Program-made: the position numbers and the translations under genes
Source of the DNA: the human T2T-CHM13v2.0 reference genome, Homo sapiens
Direction: 5' to 3' (one strand)
Length of the DNA: 64,000 nt
NCBI RefSeq assembly: GCF_009914755.1
Contig: NC_060934.1
Notes under the pieces: generated by a model
Databases searched by the model: none
What the model was told of the DNA's origin: nothing
Seen by the model: the letters and a program-made list of their open reading frames with translations, nothing else
Shown: in pieces, positions 45,196 to 61,689 of the stretch
How the letters are laid out: each line of letters begins with the position of its first letter
Position numbering within the stretch: the stretch's first letter is position 1

Positions 45196-47835
45196 AATCC
45201 TCTGACTATACTATGTCTGTTTCCATTTTAACAGGCATTTAAATGACACATTTGTCCCATCTTTGAGTCTCTCTTCTGCCAAGAACACATTTTAAAATCT
45301 CTGCCTGTGAGGAGTTGTTGCATTAAGGTCGATAAGATGGAAGAATGGCAGCTGTGCTGGAGCAGACAGTGGTGTTTTCCATTGCATAGGCATCTTTAGA
45401 ATGTGCAGTGCATGTCACAGGCAGGTCTGGAAGGCTTTGCTGTCCTTGCTGTGTGTAAGATCGGAGAAGGCAAGGAAACCTTCCAATCGTTAGAAGTGCA
45501 CAGGCTCGCTTTCAAACACAAAAGCTCAGCACACACTTACTCTAACCAGTCCTTCACCTGCTGCACAAAATCATACCTTTCCATGCACAGTTGGAAGGAC
45601 ATTTCTCTGGCCATCCTGAGCACATTTTTTCCTGGAGATTTAGAGCTGATTGGGCACAGATGGGAGGCAGGGTTATTTACCATTTTACTCTCCCTCCCTG
45701 TTCACCATTTGACACAAGAAATGAACAGCTCTTTTGCCTTACAAGGCATAGCCAGATTGCCAAGTAATTACCTTGATTTATGAAGGCAGGAATAGAAGGT
45801 AGCATGAAACATCATTTGTAACTGGTGATGGTCAGATTAACATTCCCCGAATTTGTTGATTATTTCGTGTTGTGTTGAATTCCTAACAAGCATATGAAAG
45901 AGGAAATCAGTGTCCTATTGCCTCGGTGTCCTCAGTGCCTAGAACAATGCCTGGCTTTCAAGTTTACAGAATAAAGAAATGTATGAGGGGATGAGTGCCT
46001 ACTGTGTAATCCCCGCTAGACACCTGAATACCTTCAACTTTCTGCTTTCAAGGTCATGAGTAGCGTAAGAAGACACATACACACATCTTCACCACAGAAG
46101 AAAAATATGGCATTTGAGGAGAGAGAAAATGCTTCTAGTATGGGGCCATAGGAAAGTCTTCATGAAGAGTGTATTGGAGCAAGCCAGCAGAGGAGAGGTG
46201 GGATCCCATAGGAGCTTGAGGCAAGAACGTCCAAGCATGGTAGAAAAATCACAAAGAATTGCCCTTGGGGTGTTAGATATGTACAGATCATGCAAGGGAA
46301 TGAGAAAGCTGGATGTAGGTTTGGACACACTGTGTGGGTGCCCACTTTTCTTAATTCAGAAATTTAAACATTCCAGAGGGGCTGGGCCTCTGTATTTTGC
46401 CAGAAACCTGGGCTCATCAGATCATACAGCTGGAAAGTGGGCAAGTTCACATGGATGGAGAGAGGGATGGAAACCACTTCCATAATACAGCCTGGTCTGC
46501 ACCTTCTTCACCCATAGTCCTCCAGTTCTGTATTCTTGGTCCTGTATTCAGTATCTCAACACAGACCTTGCTTCCCACCTGAGCTCATGCTGCATCTTCT
46601 CTAGCCCAGGAGGTGCCCTCTGGGAGTTTACATCCAGCCCTTACATGTCTCTCTTAGCCAGAGTAGTAGCAGAAAAATAGCTAGCCTCAGGAGCATGTCC
46701 TCTGAGCTAGGCCCAGAGCGCCCTGCTCTGGAGGGAAAGGTTTGGATGGTTTCTAAATTTGGGGGCTGCTGTCAAAGCCACACCCTCTCTTGTGATGACG
46801 TACCTTCTGTGTTGGGCCTAAGACTTGATGTTCTGCTATTTGATCAAGCTTTATATAAATTTGTGGGCTTCAATTTAACCTTTGGCTAAATTGGTTGTTT
46901 TCTGAACATTTCAGGAGGCTTCAAGAATGTTCAGGAAGCCAAGGCTACATGAAGCCCCCCTAGGCTGGGAGGGCTGCCTCTTTGCATGAAGCTCCATGGT
47001 TTCCTTTCTGCACAATAGTCGGAACCTCTGAGCCCTTCCTCTTCATTCTCTACCTATCCATATCCCTAAGACAGGCAGACCCTCTTGCACGGTGGCTATC
47101 ATGTTTTTACGTTCTAAATCTTGGGGTCTTTCAAACTCTCCATGGTCCTTCTTATCGTGATCAAAACCCTGTCTGAATTCCTCTGCTGCTGGCATTGGCT
47201 GGCTCTGGCTTCCTGCAAAAACGCTTACCTGTCTCTGTACCCATCTAAAAGGTAAGTTTCCTGCTCCTGAGTGTGGAGAAGGAGGAGCAACTCCTTCACA
47301 TGTTTCAGACACTGCCTGGACCTAGGTTCCCCCAAATGAACACGCACACACAAACAGCAGGTGACAGCAGTATTTACCCAGAGAGAATTGGAGGAGGTGA
47401 GGGGACCATCTCTGAGAGAGAGAAGGGAAATTCAGGGTGAAGATATTTGCATGTGAAGTCTGACTTCCTGGAGTTTGAGGGGGTCCTCTATACATGTGTT
47501 CCCTCCGTCTCCAAGGCCACCTCCTCTCAGCTTTCTCCATTGCATCCCCTTCCCATATTCTCTCTCCTTTCATCCCTGTGCCACTCCCAAAGCCCCTGCA
47601 CTTTCCGGAGCAACGTATCAGTCCCCAAACCCCACTCATGTCATGTGGATGGCACAGCTTCCAGTGGGGCTGTGCCTCTAGTGATCTCCCCAGACCTGGC
47701 GTCACCACTGTGGATAAGAGAGATGGGACACCCAGTGCCATGGTGGAGGCCATCATGCCGCAGAGGAGGGTGGCAGAAGCTTCTCAAGCAGGAATGCATT
47801 AAGTTTTGTTTTGTCTTTTAAAAACCTCACCCAGA

Positions 47836-48174
47836 GGCCAGGCATGGTGGCTCATGCCTGTAATCTCAGCACTTTGGGAGGCCGAGGCAGATGGATCACT
47901 TGAGGCCAGGAGTTCAAGACCAGCCTGGCCAATACAACAAAACCCCATCTCTACTAAAAATACCAAAAAAAAAAAAATTAGCCAGGCTTGGTGGCAGGCA
48001 CCTGCAGTCCCAGCTACTAGGGAAGCTGAGGCATGAGAACCACCTGAAGCTGGGAGGTGGAGGTTGCACTGAGCCAAGATCACACCACTGCACTGCAACC
48101 TGGTTAACAGAGTGAGACTGTGTCGCAAAACAAAACGAAACACACACACACCAAAAAAAAAAAAAAAAAAAAAA
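47836..48174 (+). mobile_element. AluS
   Basis: Full-length; compound tail with (CA)n and A-run; TSD aaaa(c)ctcacc. Confidence 0.9.
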
Positions 48175-49477
48175 CTCACCTACAAATTCAAACTCACTTT
48201 ACATGACTTGGATCAGTTTTGGCTGAAAACCCTTATTTTGTCTACCTGAGACACTCACATTCTTTTCAGGTCGATGGAACTTTGCCTTTTTCAATGCTAA
48301 AAGGGCACAGCATTCCCTTTCTAACCTTTGGTTGCTTGACAGTCTTCTCTGATTACCTTGGCAATGCCTGGGACCATGTATCATCACACCTCTCTCCCCT
48401 GATTCCTGAGTTTATCCCCTGGCTGCAAGAGGCGAGTTGAGGGTTTGCAGCTTCCCTGGGTTTCCCTACCTTGACCTTGTCTTCTTGAAGACAGGCAGGA
48501 AGTTTGCACTGGGAAAGGGCCAGGGCCTGAACCGTGGTTTCTGAATCTTGGAGTTGCTAGAACCCCAGAGGTCATTACTAAGAAGAACCCAGTGCAGTGT
48601 GTGTGTCTGAGGACGGGAGGTGCAGGTGAGAGAATGGCCACTCTCATGTGCTTCTCTCTGTGGTCCCAGCGAGGTCTGGGTCTGAACAAATGGGGCAAAG
48701 GGCTCCAAAGAGTCAGGATTTCACATGGGGACCTGGATAAAGACAAAGGAAATGTGTGATGGTCTCATAAATAGTGATAACTGCAGGAGGAAGTGATACC
48801 GTTCTTAATGTTCATTTTATTCTGTGTGTGCGAGGGGATACGTATGATTTCTTTAATAGCGCCTTATCATGGGACTGCCTCACTCAGGGACATATAGAAG
48901 AATGGCAGAATTGCAAGGATTTCATGAGGGTGACATGAAGAGGGACTCTGGGGACCACGATTCCCCATTGCTGCTGCCCTCTTTTGGAAATTAGATATCG
49001 TTTACTTATTTATCATTTTTGCACATAGCATTGCAACTTTCCTGATTAAATTGCCTCGGGGCACAAGTACAAAATATGAAAGTTCAGTTAAAGTGTCTAA
49101 GACAGAAGAGCAGCAGCTATCAGCATGTATTAAATACGCCTCTACTGCAAAATGCCTCTTGCAAAAAGTGTGTCATCCTTGGCATCTGGAAATCTAGGCC
49201 TGTGCTGAGCCAAAGGAGAATTTCCACAGAAAACACCTTGGCAGTCAAAGTTAAGAACAGTCAGATTTGAGCATTGTGGTGTGTGTATGTTGTAGTGGTT
49301 ATTCTCTCATGATAGGACTGTGGTAACTCATGAAAATAGCTCCTGTCCCAATTTCAGACCCCTCTATTTCATGATTTGTTATTTAGCTAGACACTTGGCG
49401 TCTACAAAAACCAGTTACCAAAGCCATCAGAACAAATTCTTCAAACCACTCGGAACTCAACTTCAGCACCATCCTCC

Positions 49478-49763
49478 TTTTTCTTTTCTTTTTAGAGATG
49501 GGGTCTCACTCTGTTGCCCAGGCTGGAGATACGATCATAGTTCTCAGCAGCCTCGACCTTTTGGGCTCAAGCCATCCTCCCACCTTGGCTTTCTGAGTAG
49601 CTGGGACCACAGGCATGCACCACCACACCCAGCTATATTTTTGTAGAGACAGGGTTCTTGCCACATTGCCCAGGCTGGTCTTGAACTCCTGGGCTCAAGT
49701 GATCCACCTGCTTTGGCCTCCTGGAGCACTGAGATTACAGTCATGAGTTACTACACCTGGCCC
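49478..49763 (-). mobile_element. AluJ
   Basis: Reverse Alu, J diagnostics. Confidence 0.88.
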
Positions 49764-51859
49764 TTCTCCAACACAAAAAAAAGATTTTTATAGTATCAAA
49801 TATTCAAGCCCTTCATTGTAAAAAGTTTCTGTTTGGTGAACAGACACCAGCAAAGGGGAAGGGTGATTGAGTGGCTGAGGATGGCTCCATGCCATTTTAC
49901 TCCTCCAAGGACATTAGTTTTAAAGGTTGAAAACCACAGCCCTCCCAATTCACCCGGTGTTCAGTCTTTCCACTTCGCCTAGTGTCTCCCCATCAGAGCC
50001 AGCCCTTGAGTAAAGAAGAAAGAAAAAGGTTCATGCTTTTCCATTTAAATCAAACTCTACTTAGAAAGACAGGAGAAGAAATAAAGAGATGCCTTGTGTT
50101 CTATCCACCTACACAACCCACCCCCAGCCTTTCTCCTCCCATGGGCCCAGCAGCCCAAACATATTGAAGTCAGCATCAAGCTGGCACAAGAGGGGAAGAG
50201 GCGTTCGGTGTGAAGAGACCTGTGGATCCCATCTCCAAAACTCCAGGCACCTCCTACACTGACCAATGGCTCCTCGGTCTTCTGCACGCTGAGCTGCTGG
50301 GATTGGCCGAGAGGCCACAGAACACCTTGGACTCTATGATCCCAGAGAGAGGGGAGAGTGGAGTCCAGGTGGCACCCACTGCCCGAGCATCATGTTCGGT
50401 GGCTACCCTGAGTCATTGACTGAAGCCCCAGAGCTTCTCTGCAGGCATCCAAGGGGCGTATCTTCAGATCTTTTCAAATGTCAGAAAATGGCAACCGGGA
50501 ATTATTATGCCAGCATTACCATGTTGGTTGTACGATCTAAGAAAATAACCACGTCACAACAAACTCATTATCCTTCCCCCCTGAAGTTCCGCACCCATGA
50601 TGCACTTTTCTCATCACAGCTCTGTGATCCAGACCAACTCTGAAAAGAGCCGGACTCCCATGCCTTTGAAAAATGGGGTATTGGACCAAACCCCAAAGAT
50701 AGGAGCTACAGTCGTGCATGGCTTCAGGGCTGGAGCCTCTTGAGGTGGAGGAGGAAATTATGAAAAGAGAAGAAAGACAGTGAGCGGGCAAGGAAGTCAG
50801 GAATGAAGGCTTCCAGCCATTGGACTCAGGAGAGGAAGTTAGAGCAGAATAGATTCCCGGAGAGTAGCTTTTCCTGGCAAGTCCCAGAGTCTCCACAGGG
50901 TGTTTCCTTCTCTATATAAATAGATACTTTAACATCTGTGCATGTCTGTGTCTATCTACATATATTTATTTATAAAGAATTAATGAGTATGAGATGGTCC
51001 AAAAAAAAAAAAAAAGAGGTGGGGGATTGTAGTTATTTAAGGAGCTGCTTTAAGTTTATTTTTAATCAGCCATTTGTATAATGTAATTATGGCCAATGGC
51101 CTTATAGGAGAGAAGTGTAGTTGAAAAAGGAAATTAAGCAAAGATAGAATAGATAAATGATGCCTGACTGTTTTTCACCATTTGGTCCATATGTAATTAA
51201 TTTTCCTCATTCCTCCCGTAATCAGGCATCCAGAATTATCTCTACATTTTTAAAGGGCTCAGGTTTGCTTGTAGTAAAAGATGATGCTACAGAACAGATT
51301 GGTGAGTTGGTTCAGATGTCTCCATAATGGAAACACAGTCATAAAAATGCCATCACCTTCACATTGTGAGAAGATAAAATGCAATGCTCATCATGGATGA
51401 ATGGTTACTCTCGTTCTGTCCTCGAGCCACAATCAATTGTACATCATTAACAAGACACAAAATCTTTACTAATTAGCTTTTATGATTATATTGTTATTGC
51501 ATTGAGGCTTTTAAAGCATTGAAAATCAAGGAGATAGGATGCCCACAAAAGAGAATTCCGTGGCAAGGGAGGAAAATACAGTCCATCACTCATGTCATTT
51601 CAGAAACTTTCACTCTATACCATCTATAATTACCATCTATAATTTTTAGCTCAATTCACTGTTCAGATTAATATTTTTGGTAAATGAGTGACAACTGGTA
51701 AGGAGAGGGAGAAGAATATTGAGTGTGCTTTCACACCCAAAAGAAATTTAGCTGCTGAAGTTATCTAACAAGAATAATTGTTCATTTTCTCTTTGCTTGA
51801 AATCTTCAAGACTGCTGTTATAAATCCTACCTACACTTTCTTGTATATTGTTCTTCTCT

Positions 51860-53220
<1,361 letters not shown>

Positions 53221-53389
53221 AATAATATGCTCATGCATTTATCGTTTTAAAAAGATAAATCATAATCCACAGTTCTTAGGTCAACTGCCTATTTCAAAGG
53301 CTCCAAATAGCTTAGCAATTTTATTTCTGTGATCTTTCCTTCTGGTTTGAGCAATCTGTGTAAGGTTAAATGTGTATTTTTTAAAGTAT

Positions 53390-53610
53390 AATTTATTGAT
53401 TGCCTGCTAGGGCTTTAAATTTGTCATTCACCTCTCTTTAAACCTCACAACAACTGCCAGAAAGATGGTGTTCTCTCCATGTTATTGATGAGAAAACAAA
53501 CTCAGAGGCAATAGGTAACCTGCTCAAGGCCACGTGGCTAAGAAATTGCAAAGCCGGTATTTGAACTCATGTCTTTCTGGAACTAAAGTGTGTGTGCTTC
53601 CCACTCAACC
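53390..53610 (-). mobile_element. MIR
   Basis: aacctcacaacaac...gatgagaaaacaaactcagagg...ggtaaccttgctcaaggccac. Confidence 0.75.
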
Positions 53611-53829
53611 ACACAGTGCGAGTATGCCTCGCCTGCCTTTGGGGGCCTCATGTGAATTGATGACTGGTGTTTTCACCTCTAGCTGTGCATCAGGGACTTT
53701 GCAGCTTCCTGAAGCCCAACCCAGATCTATTGAATCTGACCCCATGAAATAGAGCTTTTGCATATGGTTATCTCAGAGCTCCTTGAGTGAGCCCGAAACA
53801 CAGTTCAGAACCACTGCTACACAATGAAG

Positions 53830-54030
53830 CCATAATAGCACACATTCTCGACGTATGAACTCATTCAACCGTCAGCCACCTGTGTGGAGTAGGTACTGTT
53901 ACTATAACCATTTCATGGATGCAGGAGCTCAGGCTTAGAGAGTTTGAATACTGCGCCCAGGTCACACAGCGAGTAAAGTGAGCTGGGGCTGAAATTTAAA
54001 CCCAGATAGTCTGCCCCCAGAACCATGATT
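53830..54030 (-). mobile_element. MIR
   Basis: gtaggtactgttact...aggcttagagag...gcccaggtcacacagc...gaaatttaaacccag. Confidence 0.75.
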
Positions 54031-54962
54031 CATCATACTGTATTTTTAGCCACCCACTCCTCTTATATACAGCAATTTCAATAATAAGACAAGAACCAGA
54101 CACTAGGATACTGTTGTAGGAAGATTCTGTGTTCATGCAGGTTGAGGTCAAAGGCATCACAGGGGTCCCTTCAAGTTACTCAAGAGGAAACGGAAGCTCC
54201 AAGAGGCAAAGCGACTTGCTAGCATCCCATGCCCGACCACAATAGTTTAAACACTAACCCGAGCCCCCTGGTTCCTGCTAGGTCGATCACTGCAAATCAA
54301 GTCATCATTTGGAATTGTTCAGACTTAAGTCAGGAAAGATTACACTTGTTACAAAGAAATGGAGAAGAAAGGGCAACCAAGAGTCCATTTGCCCTGGCTT
54401 TTAAATTCGTCTTATATGGATGGGTCTGTTTACAGATATTTTTATAGCAACATCCTTCTTCTGTTTCTCCTCTAAGTTTGATGGGGAGCTTACTGAATGT
54501 CGATACTGAGTTATTTTCCTTTATTGCTGCCACAAAACTACCCTTAATAAGAAGTGAAAGAAAGAAGAATGGAAGCTTATGGTATCTCTGCTCTATTTCT
54601 TCAAGAGAGTGCCATAATCAAAATGTTAGGGCTTTAAAATGCTTTTCTGGAGAAAATGCTTTCCTGTCACGAGGGGGAAGTGTTCCAGGTACTTTATTGG
54701 CTTGCATATTTCTCTCCCTTTTTAGCAGTTATTTTATCCTGGGTGGAGGCCATCAGATGGCCACAATTTTGGAAGCAGCCCAGACTTGGATCTAATCCTG
54801 TTTCTGCTGCTTTTAAGCATTGTGACCCAAAGCACTTTCTTACCTTCTCTGAACCTCACTGTTAACTTCTCTACCATAGTGTTAAATAATACCCACTAGA
54901 CAGGTCTTTGAGGTGATTCAGGGAACTGCCATATGCAAAGGGACCCGCAAAAGTGGGTTGCT

Positions 54963-55315
<353 letters not shown>

Positions 55316-56892
55316 TTAGAATGAGCCTAACGCTGCTTCCTATAACTCCAATGAGTGGCCCCACCTCTGACATCTAAGCACTTCAGGATCAAGTGTAGAC
55401 TCTTGCACAAGGGAGCTCTGGAAGTATTTAGAGGCAGCCACCTTCTCCTCTAATCCTCTCTTTGCTGTGCCTCTCTGGAGTTCCTGACATTTCCGCAAAT
55501 AAGTCTTAGTCTCTTTACCATTTAACCAGTTTCCCACTAATTCACTCAAACCGATTTATGTATTTAGATATGACCTCAGGTGCTGGTAAAGTTATTGAAA
55601 GAAGTACATTACAGGTAATGGTACATTAGCGCTGTGATTGAATTAACATTCTCTTTGTGCATGTGTCTCCTCTGGGATTCATTCGCTCTCGCTGAAGGAT
55701 GATCTCAGATGCCTTCTGTTTGAATGTAAGAGGATGAATTGATTCACCTGTGAGGCAATGTGAGCTAAGGCCAGAAGAAACCCTACTGGAATTAACCAGG
55801 ATCTACTTTAAACAACCGTCAGACCACCAGGCATTTGTTCCATCGATTGCTTCAGTCTTTCTTTCTCCCCATCCCTCCCCTCTCCCTAGATAGAGGGCAG
55901 AGAGGTCAAAGTCAGTGGGCAACCTCTTACCTGAAGAACACGTTCAGGATCACTTCTGTGCTCCCGATGTAGTAAAATGACTCATAATTGGCCAAATTCT
56001 CCAGCTTCTCCTTGCTCACATGTCTTCAAAAGAGTTGGTAGCTGGTGAACAGAAACTGGTTTGAAAGTCAGGACAAACACGGGCCCTTTAACTCACAAAC
56101 CACGTTTTTCATCGGTTTTCCCCATCTTCCTAATTGGGATCACATTCTCTGCTAAGTCTTCTTCTCACCATCCCATGGTGAGATGATATGAAACTAAGCA
56201 CTTGAATCACTTCAGATTGTTTCGAAGAAAATCATTTTATGTCACCATTTTTGTTATGTGTTTCAGAGGAGCGCTATGACTTAAGGAATGTATATGAAAT
56301 CTTCACCAGGTGGAGGGTGAAGTAAGCAAATTAAATGTGAGTGGTTCTTTAGGCGTAAGTAAGTGAGTCTAGCAGAAAGCTCTATTTCATCAAAGAAATG
56401 TTTAGACTAAAAGCGTGTATTGGTCTCTTCTCTGTCCATCTGTCTAGAGAGAAGGGTGGATAAAGGGAATTTGACAAGTTTCAACAAGAAAGAAAAACTT
56501 GCTCAAGCATGAGGGAGAGGTTTTGCTGAAATCTGTGCTTGGCTTTTTCCCAGAAATATCACTTTTCCTGGGCTTTGCAGCTGAATTCTCTGGGATCTAT
56601 CCTCAGAAGTCCTGTGCGTCCCAATTCATCTGCTTTTAGAATGAACCACATTTTAAAAGGGGAAAATAGAACAAACGGTGGAGTCAGGGAGATGGAAGTG
56701 AGAAACCCAGCCATCTGCCCAAGATATTTTGCACCCCAACTTGGGATTCTCCAGAGCTAGCACAGGGAATGTGGAGCATTATGGAGAAACTGTGACAGAG
56801 GGCCTCTGAGTTGGAAAGCTGCTGCTCTGCCCTCATTTGGAGGCATCCTCTCGTGTTCTACCTCTCAACTGTGTTCGAAAACCAACAAAGAT

Positions 56893-57253
<361 letters not shown>

Positions 57254-57291
57254 CTAAAACATTTTTTCAGTATCAAGAAGTCTTGGATCCA

Positions 57292-57613
57292 GGCTGGGCA
57301 CGGTGGCTCACACCTGTAATCCCAGCACTTTGGGAGGCCGAGGTAGGCGGATCTTTTGAGATCAGGAGTTCAAGACTAGCCTGACCAACATGGTGAAACT
57401 CTGTTCTACTAAAAATACAAAAAAATTAGCCTAGCGTCGTGGTAGCTACCACGCTACCAAGCATGGTGGTAGCTGTAGTCTTAGCTACTCAGGAGGCTGA
57501 AGCAGAAGAATCACTTGAACCTGGGAGGCAGAGGTTGCAGTGAGGTGACATCGCGCCACTGCACTTCAGCCTGGACAACAGAGTGAGACTCCATCTCAGA
57601 GAAAAATAAAAAA
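57292..57613 (+). mobile_element. AluS with an internal fold-back insertion
   Basis: TSD aagtcttggatcca; extra palindromic sequence at 57431-57456. Confidence 0.92.
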
Positions 57614-59779
57614 GTCTTGGATCCATTTTGATGCCTTTTGTGGCACTTCACATGAGGAATCTGTGCTTATCAGTTATCAAAGTAAGGAAGACTTTATTAT
57701 GAGCCACTAGTTTCTATATATGGTGTACTCCCTTTAATGACAGACTGATCATCTTCCACAAGTATTTACCCAGCATTTTAAACACTTTGAGTTCCGCTCA
57801 GAAGAAAACAACTTTCAAAAAATTTTTTCCATGCATTTTCCAAGGGAGAATGATAAGGTTTCAACTGGGTGACTTGTCCACCATGGAAAACCAAACATGG
57901 ATGGCAGGGATGTTCTTGAATCTGCAGCCCATGTTGGTTAGTGCAGCCCTACTTCCAAAGCATGGAATATGCTTTCAGAAAATGCATATTCTATTTTTCC
58001 TCCTTGCATCTTTCTGGTCCTTCTGCAGAAGGTGCTGTCACCGTGTAAGTATTGCCTGGCCTCTTCAGAGACACAGAATGACCCCATACCCCACAGGAAA
58101 TGACCTTAGATTATTTCCCTTTGTGGAAAATGTGTCTGGTTGAAAATGTCTTCTGGATGAGAAAGCATGGGGTAGGTGTGAACCGTTACAACATTGAATT
58201 ATCGTTTTCCTTTTCAATTAGCACCAGTCACTGCCACCTTGTGTGACCAAAACTGAAAAAAGATTTGCATCAACATGCTTTTATTCCAGCACTGTGGTTA
58301 TCAACATAAGCATCAGCTTTCAGGGTTCCTGCTACAGACTTTCAAACTCTCCAGCCACTCAAGATGGCATTACACTGCAATTGGGATGTCACAGCCGGAT
58401 AGTACGCTTCCTAGGCGACCATTCTTTGGTGGTAGACCCCTCCCTGGGGACACTGGAACTCAACAGGCATCCGCTCATTACAGCTGGTGAGCTTTCTGTT
58501 AACAGTGCTGCAAGAACAAAGGTGGAGGCATTGAAGCAACTTGTGCTTCTCTCCTCATTGCAACCCACCCTTGTGGCAGGAAAAGTCTTCTTGATCATTC
58601 AAACCACTTGAAGACAGCATTCTTCTTCAGGAATTGAACTGAATGTGCTGCCATCCTAGGCAAAAACTCCCAACTGACTGGTATTCACATTTTTGGTCCA
58701 GTACCCATCCTGTAGAAACATTATACTGTTAAAGCTAGTTGTTAGAACATTCTGTCAGATAGAAACATTTATTAGTTGATATAACCATGCTTCACTGGGC
58801 ATAGTGAAGACTGAGGTTCGTCAGGGTGACCTGGAGCCCATAAAAAATTCTGAAATTTCTTGACTCATCGGAGAAAGATTAAAATATGTTCAGTGTTGTT
58901 TTAGTGTTAAGTGTATTTTATTGTATTGCGTATCTTGCAAATTGGTAATGCATACCCAGTATTTTTAATAACACTCTATTAAACAGAGTATTTGATTTGA
59001 CACGACATCCCATTTCCTAACAGAGCAGGGCAGCAGAGACTTCTTATCAGAGCTGGCTGGTTGTTTAGCTCAAGGCAGAGTTAGGTGATTCTAACATGTT
59101 ATAGCGAACCTAATAGGTATGCGTTAGAATCTGCCTCCTTTTTTCTTTTTAACTGGGCATTAGCTTTGTACATTTCAACACAATAGGCACATTTAGAGTC
59201 ACATTGTAACTAGCCGTGCCCCTAGACGGAAGCTTCTCTGCTCCTAAATTTCTCAAAGTCCAGCATTCTCTTTGGCTAAAAGGTTAAAGAGGACATGAGG
59301 ATGAGACGGCTGTCATTGCTTTAATATTTCTCCCTGTTTCATTAGCACAGCCCCCAGCTGCCCAATGCACTTTGAATTCCAATACGGACTTCTTACAAGT
59401 AATATTTTTTGGGTCAGAAAAGGCCAAAGAATTAATTTGAAATTGGAAGGCATCTGTTGTTCTTTTTCCTAAAAAAAAGAGAAGAGGTAGGTTCTTTAAG
59501 TAGGTGAGGGGATTTGGAGTAGGAAGATGCAGTAATGATTTCAAGTTTTAAAGGAGACCCAAAGGAAAGCTGACCTCATTTTATTGGCAGAAGATTACAC
59601 TGTGTATTTATAGTTTGTGATATTGACTTCCTGAAGAGAAAAACTAAAAATGTATTGTGAAATGTTACCATATTAAAGTAAGGAGTGGGTGATATTCTCA
59701 TCCAGGTGAATTTCTTGGTTTTAAAAATTAAAACAATGGTCTCAGTAACACGGAAGATTTTGTTTAAAAAATGTTTGTA

Positions 59780-60098
59780 GGCCAGGTGCGGTGGCTTACA
59801 TGCCTGTAATCCCAGCCCTTTGGGAGGCTGAGGTGAGCGGATCACGTGAGGTCAAGAGTAAAAGACCAGCCTGGGCAACATGGCAAAACCCCATCTTTAC
59901 TAAAAATACAAAATTAGCCGGGTGTGGTAGTGGGCGCCTATAATCCCAGCTACGCAGGAGGCTGAGACATGAAAATGGCTTGAGCCCAAGAGACGGGGCA
60001 GAGATTGCAGTGAGCCAAGATGGCACCACTGCACTCCACCCTGAGCAACAGAGCAAGACTCTGTCTCAAAAAAAAAGAAAAAAAAAAAAGAAAAGAAA
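59780..60098 (+). mobile_element. Alu (S/J)
   Basis: Full-length Alu with A tail. Confidence 0.9.
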
Positions 60099-60264
60099 GT
60101 TTGAAATCTTTCCCACATTATTTAATTTTGGCTTCTGAAGTTAATCTTTCATTGTCTTCCTGGATATACATTTTCCTTTTCCTTCCCTCAGATCTTTTTT
60201 TCCCACCTAAGTATGGATGAAAACCAAAAAACTAATCTCAAATTAACAAAGGCTGTCCTCTTAC

Positions 60265-60500
60265 AGCCAGGTGCGGTGACTCATGCTTGTAATGCGGTAC
60301 TTTGGGAGGCCAAGGCAGGAGGATCACTTGAGGCCAGGAGTTCAGGACCAGCCTGGGCAACATTATAGGAGACCCCATCTCTACAAAAAAAGAAAAGAGA
60401 GAGGGAGGGAGGGAGGAGGGAGAGAAAGAAGAGAGAGAAGAGAAGAGGGAGAGGGAGAGGGTGAGGAGGAAGACGAGAAAAGAAAAGAAAAAAGAGGGAG
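60265..60500 (+). mobile_element. Alu left monomer/FLAM with GA-rich expanded tail
   Basis: Single monomer to ~60390, then polypurine tract. Confidence 0.82.
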
Positions 60501-60758
60501 GCTCTCCTCTCTCATTTTCTCATTTCTAACCTGCAGGTGCCATAGCACCACAGCACCACAGCACCACATGGTAGAGGTTTCAGACAAAACCAAATGGGAT
60601 GCTGGGTACAGCACCATCTCCCTGCCCTGTCTCCTCTGCTTTCTGTGGCCACTCACAAAGCCACTACTTGTTATAGGATAAGACCAGAATTCTGCCCTAA
60701 GGGGCTTTTGTGCTTGAAGTATCAAACAAAGTATACCATAACGAGAAATTTCCTCTTC

Positions 60759-61050
60759 AGCTAGGCATAGTGGTTCACACGTATAATCCCAGCACTTTGG
60801 GAGGCCAAGGCTGGGTAAGTGCTTGAGGCCAGGAGTTCAAGACCAGCCTGAGCAGCAGAGCAAGACCCCATCTCTACAAATAAAAAATATTAACCAGGCA
60901 TGGTGGTGCACACACCCCTGTAGTCCCAGCTGCTTGGGAGGCTGAGGCGGGAAGTTGGTGTGAGCCCAGTAGTCTGAAGCTTCAGTGAGCCATGACTGGG
61001 CTGTTTCATTCCAGCTTGGGTGTTAGAGCAAGACACTGTCTCTAAAAAAA
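60759..61050 (+). mobile_element. AluJ
   Basis: Diverged full-length Alu. Confidence 0.86.
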
Positions 61051-61315
61051 TTAAATGTCTTTTTCAGCAACTAAAGAGAGGAAATGAAGGAAGAAGGGAG
61101 GTGACAGGGAAAAACTAGGAGAAAAAATGTGATATTTCTTCCCAGCCTCCCAGTGGTCACTCAAACCCTCAGCTGATGCTGAAGTCAATTCCATTTTGCT
61201 TGGCCATTTTCCATAGTGACCATATATTGCTTATGCTTTAGGAGTCATGTTTTCATCAAACGTGCAATGCCATCTTGGTAAGTCAAATGGATTGTATTTC
61301 CCCATAAGGAAATTC

Positions 61316-61689
<374 letters not shown>

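Noticed and set aside
54748-54762. Palindrome ggccatc-a-gatggcc, resembling a CTCF site or E-box
   Set aside because: A single short match expected by chance in 64 kb, with no supporting context
57787-58611. 118-aa and 122-aa plus-strand ORFs in unique sequence
   Set aside because: Non-ATG starts, no recognisable domain, no coherent exon structure
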